Positions 6,745 to 12,996 of a stretch of 12,996 bases of DNA are shown here, in pieces. The notes under the pieces were generated by a model. That model was not told where the DNA came from. It saw nothing but the letters and a program-made list of their open reading frames with translations, and made no database searches. The DNA is taken from the NCBI GenBank assembly GCA_964398645.1, contig CAYNNU010000048.1, positions 1 to 12,996 of the forward strand, read 5' to 3'. Position numbers and translations under genes: made by a program. This DNA is from an uncultured Spirochaeta sp. GTDB taxonomy: Bacteria > Spirochaetota > Spirochaetia > DSM-27196 > DSM-8902. Every line of letters begins with the position of its first letter. Within the stretch, counting starts at the first letter, position 1.

Positions 6745-7847
6745 GATTTGCGGCTTGCATCATACTACTGCTTTTTTCCGCTGCTATGCTTCCCGCCCAG
6801 TCGGCATCGACCATCCGGTTGGATATAGAAAACCTGGCTGTCTTCTCTTGGGATGGCAGCCAGGCATTGGGAGCAGGCACAAGCAGCGCATCAGTTGATT
6901 TCCTATCGGCGCCCTCATCATCTGTGCAGGGCCGGCTGCAAATGGATTTCAACCTGCTGCGTGATCAAACTACCGGCGCTTTAACCCCCTATCTGAGCCT
7001 TCCCAGAGCCTCCATCCGCTTCCGTTTTCCAGTAACAGACAGCTATTCCATCAGAATTACCACCGGCCGCGACCGGCTAAGCTGGGGACTGGGAAGCCTG
7101 TTTAAAGCCGGCGATATTCTTTTTGGCGCAGATGGCAGCAGCAGTGCCGACCTGACCCAAAGCGGCGATGTCCGCGACGAAACCGCCTGGCTGACGGCTA
7201 TCTACTTTCCGCTTGGCGGGCTTGGATTTCTGGAAACAGTCTACTTGCCCCCGCTTATGCAGATTCCAACCAACACAGATCCTCAGCCTATTCTACCGCT
7301 GGATTACAGCCGCGCCGGCTTACGCATTCACAGCGCAGTTGGACCGGTCAGCCTTGAAACAGCCTGGCTGTACGATGGAGAGCGCAGCCCGCTGAATACC
7401 TACACAAGCCCGCGAAATCATTTTGCCCAATCCATACAGTGGAATCTGCTGGGCGCAGACATCTACTCTTCCGCCGCGCTGAACATACCCATTACCGCAG
7501 AACGATCTACCGCAAACCTTGTTCAGGATTATGGCAGCTTGTCGGCTGGAGTTTTCCGCTCTTTTTCCCCAGCCTACGGGCAGAGCCTAAGCGCACGTGC
7601 TGAAATTCTGCTTCAACCAGCCGAAGATACGCCGTGGCAGCTGTACCCGGAGCTCATTTGGGCACCGAACCGCAGCCAAACCTGGCTAGCCCGCGCAGTA
7701 ATACGCGAAGGCCAAAGCGATATTACCCTTGGAGGATTTCGAGCGCTGTACCAGGGTTTTTCAGTGGTATTTTTTGCCGCAGGAAGTTTTTCGGATGAGC
7801 AGGATACTACTTTCGCGATTGCCGCCGGCATTCAATACCAATTTTAA
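6738..7847 (+). CDS. Secreted protein, probable outer-membrane beta-barrel (C-terminal ...IQYQF)
   Basis: GTG start, with GGAGG 7 nt upstream, in a GTGGTGA overlap with the LolA-like gene's stop. Signal peptide MVRFAACIILLLFSAAMLPA|QSAS. It is Ser/Gly/Ala/Leu-rich with alternating hydrophobic patterns. The terminal aromatic Phe is typical of BAM-dependent OM barrels. No recognisable catalytic motifs. Confidence 0.6.
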   Translation: MVRFAACIILLLFSAAMLPAQSASTIRLDIENLAVFSWDGSQALGAGTSSASVDFLSAPSSSVQGRLQMDFNLLRDQTTGALTPYLSLPRASIRFRFPVTDSYSIRITTGRDRLSWGLGSLFKAGDILFGADGSSSADLTQSGDVRDETAWLTAIYFPLGGLGFLETVYLPPLMQIPTNTDPQPILPLDYSRAGLRIHSAVGPVSLETAWLYDGERSPLNTYTSPRNHFAQSIQWNLLGADIYSSAALNIPITAERSTANLVQDYGSLSAGVFRSFSPAYGQSLSARAEILLQPAEDTPWQLYPELIWAPNRSQTWLARAVIREGQSDITLGGFRALYQGFSVVFFAAGSFSDEQDTTFAIAAGIQYQF

Positions 7848-9037
7848 GAAGATTGATGCTGGCCGGCATGATCTTTGACCGAGCTGCCGAAGAACAACAG
7901 CAAAAAAAAGCCCAGGCTGGTAAAACCAGCCATAGCAAGAAAAACCCCACTCACGGATTTTTCCGCCACAAAGCCGCCAAGATTTGCCGAAACAAATAAG
8001 CCTAGGCTAAACATCATATTAAACGCCAAAGACATCCGGCCGCGGAAGCGCTCCGGCGAGCAGTCCATCAAATATCCCATAATGCGCGGAAAAATGACCC
8101 CATGAGCAACCCCATAGCCCGCGCCGGCAAGCGCTAGCAGTGTATAGCCACCAGCCAAGTAGGCGGACAGCAAACTTAAAGGTAAAACCGCCAGAGGAAT
8201 AGCGAGCACATACACCAGTTTATAGCGATCAAAAAGCTGACTGACGCTCAAGCGCAAAAGCGCAACCATAATTGGATAGGCAATATAAAAGGGCCGAACC
8301 AGCCCAATCCCCCGTGCCAGCACTAAATCCGGCAAAAAGGCCACAAAGGTGCCAAAGCCTGCGCCCAGAGTAAAAACCCAAAAAAGAGGCAATATATAAT
8401 GACGATGCCCCAGCACCTCGATAAATTCGCGCCAGCTAGAACGGCTGTTCTTCTCTACCGGCGGCCTGGCCGGATATAAAAGAGCCGAGATCAACGCCAG
8501 CGCAAACAGGCAAAAGGAAAAAATATACAGCCGCGTTAGCCCGCCGCTGTCAAACATAATTTCGCCGACCGCCGCTGCTGTTAAACCCCCAGCCTGTCCT
8601 ATCAAGCCGAACAGCGCAATCCCGCGGGCACGGGAACCGGCCGGCAGCACCCGGCCCAAGGCAGCATTGTAGCTAATCATCATTACGGCAAAAAGCGCAC
8701 CCTGCACGGCACGCGGAATTGCAAAAAAAGCCGAGTCTGGAACCGGTAAAAAATACAAAGCCGGCACTGCCATCCCCACCAGCATGGCAACAGCCAGAAT
8801 ACGCCCCGCCCGAAAGCGATCCACGACCGCAGCAAGAAACGGCAAAACCAGTAAAGCTCCAGCCCCTGTCCAGCCCATAATAAAGCCGGTACGAACCGGA
8901 CTAATCCCCTGCAAAGAGAAATGCTTAGGCAGTAAATTGAAACTTTCACTGGCGCTCACCCCAAAATACATGGCCGCGCCCAACAGGAAAAAAACAGCCG
9001 CCGATGCCCCGGCAGACCCCGCTGAATTATTCTTCAT
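7844..9037 (-). CDS. Major facilitator superfamily (MFS) transporter
   Basis: The 397-aa product is very hydrophobic, with about 12 predicted TM segments and an MFS-like D-R-x-x-R loop (VVDRFRAGRIL) after TM2. It is convergent with the beta-barrel gene, and the two stop codons overlap (TTAA at 7844-7847). Confidence 0.85.
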   Translation of the reverse strand: MKNNSAGSAGASAAVFFLLGAAMYFGVSASESFNLLPKHFSLQGISPVRTGFIMGWTGAGALLVLPFLAAVVDRFRAGRILAVAMLVGMAVPALYFLPVPDSAFFAIPRAVQGALFAVMMISYNAALGRVLPAGSRARGIALFGLIGQAGGLTAAAVGEIMFDSGGLTRLYIFSFCLFALALISALLYPARPPVEKNSRSSWREFIEVLGHRHYILPLFWVFTLGAGFGTFVAFLPDLVLARGIGLVRPFYIAYPIMVALLRLSVSQLFDRYKLVYVLAIPLAVLPLSLLSAYLAGGYTLLALAGAGYGVAHGVIFPRIMGYLMDCSPERFRGRMSLAFNMMFSLGLFVSANLGGFVAEKSVSGVFLAMAGFTSLGFFLLLFFGSSVKDHAGQHQSS

Positions 9038-9905
9038 CCAGCTCTTCTTGCACCGGCACCCGTTCGGCCCGCTTTTTTACCCTGCCGAAAAATGAAAAAT
9101 GGGGTATCATAACAGCCGGCTTGGCTGAAATCATTATTTCTTCACCGGTAGCCGGGTTCCGACCCATCCGCGCCTTCCGCGCCGGCCGCTGATGCAGGGA
9201 AAGACTTCCCAGCCGACCCAGAGGCACCCGCTCGCCCATCATCATTCCTGCTTCCACCATTGATAGGTAATCATCAATGATTTCACGAGTCTGAGCCTGG
9301 GTTAAATCAGTGCGCGAAGCAATATAGCGCACGATATTCTGCATGGTAAAATGATCCAGATCGCCGGAAACAAGGGTGAGGGTTCTATTTATCTTGGCAA
9401 AACCATTGGTTAGAAACAACATGGCTTCGCGCAAACGCTTATCTTGCTCATCCGGTTTCACATCATCGGCAAAACTGGTAACCATCAATATTTCTGATGA
9501 ACGGGCAACGGGTGAACCGGCAAACTGAGCAACCTCATCAAGCTTCAAGTTGCTTTGCAACTGCACCCCTTTTGCATAAATTACATCCGGCACGTCGTGC
9601 CGAAGTTTGATGCTGGCATATTCGAAGCGGCGGCCGCCGGGGCCCTTGCCCTCTCGATTACTTTCCAGGCCAATAAGGGAACCGGAATAGGTAAGCAGCA
9701 TTACCGCGCGCCCATCATCCATAGAAAACGAATCCAGCTGCTGCATATCCAAAGCATCAGCCTGCTCCTGATACAAACGCCGCTTTTCCAGCCAATTACG
9801 GGTAATCATCTCCAGAGATTCATCCCCGTCGGGCAAACCACTGGTTGCAGTAATTGTCCGTAAATGGTCTTGAATGCGTTGCGGCAAGATGTCGAATTGC
9901 TCCAT
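9027..9905 (-). CDS. Two-domain protein with an uncharacterised N-terminal domain (~190 aa) and a C-terminal HU/IHF-family DNA-binding domain
   Basis: The C-terminal ~95 aa align to HU/IHF: FTMQNIVRYIASRTDLTQAQTREIIDDYL...GERVPLGRLGSLSLHQRPARKARMGRNPATGEEIMISAKPAVMIPHFSFFGRVKKR, compared with E. coli HU ...RAERTGRNPQTGKEIKIAA.... The N-terminal 190 aa carry no motif I recognise. RBS GGAGG sits 7 nt upstream. The 3' end overlaps the MFS start by 11 bp. Confidence 0.8.
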   Translation of the reverse strand: MEQFDILPQRIQDHLRTITATSGLPDGDESLEMITRNWLEKRRLYQEQADALDMQQLDSFSMDDGRAVMLLTYSGSLIGLESNREGKGPGGRRFEYASIKLRHDVPDVIYAKGVQLQSNLKLDEVAQFAGSPVARSSEILMVTSFADDVKPDEQDKRLREAMLFLTNGFAKINRTLTLVSGDLDHFTMQNIVRYIASRTDLTQAQTREIIDDYLSMVEAGMMMGERVPLGRLGSLSLHQRPARKARMGRNPATGEEIMISAKPAVMIPHFSFFGRVKKRAERVPVQEELDEE

Positions 9906-9975
9906 ATTACTGCCTCCAATCTTCCACCATTATAGCAAAAAAACAGCGGGCGAAAATGGAAAAAGCCCGTGAAAT

Positions 9976-9985
9976 GTGCTATATT
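9976..9985 (+). promoter_or_regulatory. Possible extended -10 element (TGcTATATT) for the lipoprotein operon
   Basis: TG at 9977-9978, one nt, then TATATT at 9980-9985, about 40 nt upstream of the ATG at 10029. There is no convincing -35. This is a weak call. Confidence 0.25.
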
Positions 9986-10028
9986 TTTCTGTACGAATAA
10001 GTAATGAAGCAATTAAAAGGAGTTGGCC

Positions 10029-12182
10029 ATGCGATTTTTCAAAATAACGGCTTTCCTACTGACAATGCTGATTATAGCCCTATCCGGCTGTGATCTGCAA
10101 ATGCCGCAGGAAGTCCATGTCACTGGATCCCCGAGCTACGAATTGCCCGCAGGAACCATGGAATTTGATCTTATGCAGGAGCTTGATTTGGAAAACCAGA
10201 TTGAAACTGCCCTGCAGGATTATGTTGATACCCAGAATAATATGACACTGAGTGTCGTAAACGACGTATACACAATAACGATTACCGAAAGTATGCTCGT
10301 TTCCGACATTTTGGGAGAAACGTCCATCGATATGTCAGATATTGAAGGGATTACCCCTACAACACTGCCTGCAGTGAGCGGGAATCTTCCGGCAGCGGTG
10401 TCCCTGACCCAAAACGCAAGCGATACTGTACCAGCCGGAACATACGGTCCGGGTGATACAACCGGAATAGACAGCAATTCCCAGCTTTTTACCCTTGGTA
10501 TAGCCGATTTTGTTTCCGGTACAATCGGCACTGGTACTTTCGGCATTACCATTACGCCGGACCATGCTGGTGTTACTATCGATCTCGACTCGATCGAACT
10601 GGTGCAGGATGCCACTACCCTAAAAACCTGGACCGACGGTGAACTGACTGGCCACAGCATTTCCCTTGATTTAGACGGAATTGGCTTGCTTTCAAGCAAT
10701 GATCTTACGTTCAACTACTCCTTTACCTACACCATTGCAGACGGAACGACCCTAACAGATGGCATAGATAACGGAGTTAATCTTGCCTTTGACATGTCTG
10801 TAACACAGTTTTCCACCCTGGTAATTGATGATTCCGGCAACGGCGATTTTGCTCCCCAGGGAGGCAGTGCTGATTCCATCATCGACCCTGCCCTTTCTGA
10901 TATGGTAAAGAGCATTCAGCTGGACCCAGCCCATCATTCACTTGATTTTACCATCACTAACAACTTGCCAGCCGACATCACTATTACTATTTCTTCCGAC
11001 GTATTGCTGGGCGTCGGTGGCACCGCTTCAGTTTCTTATGCAGCTGGCGATGACGCCACAAAATCCATTACCCTCTTGGACACAATCGATCTGACCTCTC
11101 TTGCCGACCTTGGCGGCGGGAACTTTGGTGTTGATTTTGATTTTGAACTTAGTTTTGATGGCTATAGTGAGGCACTGCAGCAAATGACGCTGACAAATGT
11201 CACCCTTGGCAACCCTTACAGCTTTAGCGGCTCCGTTGCACTGGATGCAACAGTAGACACCGTTACCCTGGGCGGCATCTCCGAAACCGGAAATTATCCC
11301 GATACAGCCGGCGGAGAAACACCTTTCAACTTGGCTGACATGCTGGATATGGTCCCCGCCGGAATAAATCTTTCCACCATAGAAATGAATGCAGCTGTTA
11401 ACGGCATTACTGATTTCAGCGGAGACGTTGTTCTGCTGGGTATAGACGGCGGCAGCGTAAGCGACGTGCTGGCTGGCACCTGGAATGGCGGTGTTGGCGC
11501 TGAAGATCCAGACCCAACGCATGCCGACTACAGCGGCCTTGCATTTACAACATCCTTTAGCCTAGACACCCTTAGCGACCTGTTGAATCAACGGCCAACA
11601 GCATTAGAACTGGCTTATGCAGTGAATGTAGACAATGCCACCATCGACCCATCCGACCTCACCCAGTATTCAATCGATGCAAGCATAAGCGTTCCCATGG
11701 CACTGGAGATCGTGCCTGCCGAAGGTGTCAACCAAGTCTTCGATGGAACAAATTATCTGATGGTTGAGTTTGATATGGACGGAGAAACGATTCTTCCATA
11801 CACAATTACTGACGACCTATTAGGACGAACCGTTGCTGATGAAATGGAAGAAGATTATGGCGAGTTCTTTGACATGCTGCAATCAGCAGCACTCAATATG
11901 CAGCTGAATAACGACTCCGGCATGAGCGCAATGTTTCGTATCTATCAGGCAGGAGCCCCGGATTTTGACAAGCAGTTGCCAATAACCACAGGACGGCACC
12001 GGTTGGAAATGACCGATGCGGATATTACCTTTATCCGGGAAAATCTATTCACACCGGAATTGCAGGTGTGGCTGCCAGAAGGAACCCTGTCCTTCAATCC
12101 GGAGCCGGCATTGACCTTTGCCCTTTGGCTAACGGTCCTCGCTGAAATCGACTATACATTCCCACTGCAAGGGGAGGAATAA
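10029..12182 (+). CDS. Large acidic Thr/Asp/Gly/Ser-rich lipoprotein (surface/envelope protein of unknown function)
   Basis: The ATG at 10029 has GGAG 6 nt upstream; the track's start at 10023 is a TTG artefact. The lipoprotein signal peptide is MRFFKITAFLLTMLIIALSG|C with lipobox L-S-G-C. The mature protein of about 695 aa is strongly acidic by eye, with well over 100 D/E against roughly a dozen K/R. It is rich in T, G, S, D, with many short beta-strand-like alternations (TITITP, FTITNN, ITITIS). No enzymatic motifs. Confidence 0.8.
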   Translation: MRFFKITAFLLTMLIIALSGCDLQMPQEVHVTGSPSYELPAGTMEFDLMQELDLENQIETALQDYVDTQNNMTLSVVNDVYTITITESMLVSDILGETSIDMSDIEGITPTTLPAVSGNLPAAVSLTQNASDTVPAGTYGPGDTTGIDSNSQLFTLGIADFVSGTIGTGTFGITITPDHAGVTIDLDSIELVQDATTLKTWTDGELTGHSISLDLDGIGLLSSNDLTFNYSFTYTIADGTTLTDGIDNGVNLAFDMSVTQFSTLVIDDSGNGDFAPQGGSADSIIDPALSDMVKSIQLDPAHHSLDFTITNNLPADITITISSDVLLGVGGTASVSYAAGDDATKSITLLDTIDLTSLADLGGGNFGVDFDFELSFDGYSEALQQMTLTNVTLGNPYSFSGSVALDATVDTVTLGGISETGNYPDTAGGETPFNLADMLDMVPAGINLSTIEMNAAVNGITDFSGDVVLLGIDGGSVSDVLAGTWNGGVGAEDPDPTHADYSGLAFTTSFSLDTLSDLLNQRPTALELAYAVNVDNATIDPSDLTQYSIDASISVPMALEIVPAEGVNQVFDGTNYLMVEFDMDGETILPYTITDDLLGRTVADEMEEDYGEFFDMLQSAALNMQLNNDSGMSAMFRIYQAGAPDFDKQLPITTGRHRLEMTDADITFIRENLFTPELQVWLPEGTLSFNPEPALTFALWLTVLAEIDYTFPLQGEE

Positions 12183-12185
12183 GCC

Positions 12186-12996
12186 ATGAACAAAAGAACT
12201 TTTTACAATTCCCTGCGCAGAAGTATTCTGGTTGCAGGATTCGCCCTGCTGACAATGTCGGCAGCTGCATTTTCCACTGACGCATTCAACCACGGAGATA
12301 ACCCGGTCTTTCTAAGCACCGGCTCCCGCTCTTTGCTGGATATCTCTGTAAATCCGGGAATCGGACTTACAAACAGCTACTTTACCCTGGACAAAATTTT
12401 CACGCCGACCATCATCATCGATTTTGATGATATCTACGAATCGATCGGCACCGGCGGGTACCGCATTGGCACAACCATCGATACCCACGCCCACGGCACC
12501 ATGCACCTCTTTGGCATTGGCGTCGGCGGCTATGCATCCGTAACCGGCTCAGCCCGTGTTACCCTTCCACAGGAAATGATTGGTCTTCTTACCCAAGGTA
12601 TTGAGCTAAATAATCCCTATGAAGGCACCGGAGAAGCATTCGTTCAGACCTTCGTTGAATACGGCGGCTACGGCAGCTTCCAGCTGGGCAATTTTACCAT
12701 CGGCACAAAAATTGCCCGCTATATCCCCTTGGCATATACCAAGAACGGCGAAGCCCTATTTGAAGCACAGGCAAACCAGGACGGCACGGTAACAGCAAGC
12801 GCTACGGTCTCCGCCCAATTGTATTCAGCAATGGATTTGGAAAACCCGGACAGCATGATGGATCAAAATGATATTTTACGCTATCTATCCGAATCCGGCG
12901 GTACAAAATTTGATATCGGCTTTGTATACAATCCGGATCGAAACCGACCGCTGTGGGGAGCTTCATTGCTGAACATTCCTTTAGGCGCAGCTAACC
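12186..12996 (+). CDS. Secreted beta-rich protein, probable outer-membrane/envelope protein; 3' end truncated by the window edge
   Basis: The frame stays open from the ATG at 12186 to the window end, about 270 codons with no stop, which is why the ORF track omits it. GGAGG sits 8 nt upstream and the gene begins 3 nt after the lipoprotein stop. Signal peptide MNKRTFYNSLRRSILVAGFALLTMSAAAFS. The product is Gly/Thr/Tyr-rich with amphipathic beta-strand-like alternations (GYRIGTTIDTH, FQLGNFTIGTKIARY). Confidence 0.7.
   Translation, partial: MNKRTFYNSLRRSILVAGFALLTMSAAAFSTDAFNHGDNPVFLSTGSRSLLDISVNPGIGLTNSYFTLDKIFTPTIIIDFDDIYESIGTGGYRIGTTIDTHAHGTMHLFGIGVGGYASVTGSARVTLPQEMIGLLTQGIELNNPYEGTGEAFVQTFVEYGGYGSFQLGNFTIGTKIARYIPLAYTKNGEALFEAQANQDGTVTASATVSAQLYSAMDLENPDSMMDQNDILRYLSESGGTKFDIGFVYNPDRNRPLWGASLLNIPLGAAN

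Noticed and set aside
9944-9971. A short hairpin (CGGGC - 14-nt loop - GCCCG) in the divergent intergenic region, considered as a terminator.
   Set aside because: The stem is only 5 bp, the loop is 14 nt, and there is no adjacent U-run in the correct orientation. Both flanking genes diverge from this region, so it is a promoter zone and not a 3' end. It is unlikely to be a terminator.
1-12996. A scan of the 170-bp and 117-bp intergenic regions and the rest of the window for CRISPR repeats, tRNA/rRNA genes, integrase or transposase genes and terminal inverted repeats.
   Set aside because: Nothing was found. Both intergenic regions contain only promoter-like and operator-like sequence. No repeat-spacer periodicity, cloverleaf-compatible sequence or recombinase motif was seen. 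The region looks like stable chromosomal sequence, not a mobile element.

Overview
The window is a 13-kb chromosomal segment from what looks like a diderm bacterium (about 50% GC). It is densely coding, and almost every gene has a strong AGGAGG-type Shine-Dalgarno sequence, so it is not Bacteroidetes-like; a spirochaete-like origin is a low-confidence guess.

Genes, in order:
- A complete FabH/KAS-III-like gene on the minus strand, whose catalytic His and Asn appear to be substituted.
- A divergent intergenic region with a sigma70-like promoter and a perfect 34-bp palindrome.
- A plus-strand operon of seven tightly packed genes: a YtrA-subfamily GntR regulator, an SPFH/band-7 membrane protein with an unusual multi-TM N-terminus, a LolD/MacB-like ABC ATPase, two FtsX-type (LolC/LolE-like) permeases, a LolA-like periplasmic 'outer-membrane lipoprotein-sorting' family protein, and a signal-peptide protein that is probably an outer-membrane beta-barrel (C-terminal Phe). 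The first four of these genes are chained by ATGA start/stop overlaps.
- A convergent minus-strand pair: a protein with a C-terminal HU/IHF-fold DNA-binding domain fused to an uncharacterised ~190-aa N-terminal domain, overlapping an MFS transporter gene by 11 bp.
- A plus-strand pair: a 717-aa highly acidic Thr/Asp/Gly-rich lipoprotein (lipobox LSGC) followed 3 nt later by a secreted beta-rich protein that runs off the window end. The supplied ORF track omits this last ORF.

I see no tRNA or rRNA genes, CRISPR arrays, integrases or transposases.

The most interesting candidate system is the operon under YtrA-type control. It combines an SPFH scaffold, a type-VII (FtsX) ABC exporter, a LolA-like carrier and an outer-membrane barrel. 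I read it as a self-contained trans-envelope export or sorting module for a hydrophobic cargo, possibly made by the adjacent FabH-like enzyme with the degenerate active site.
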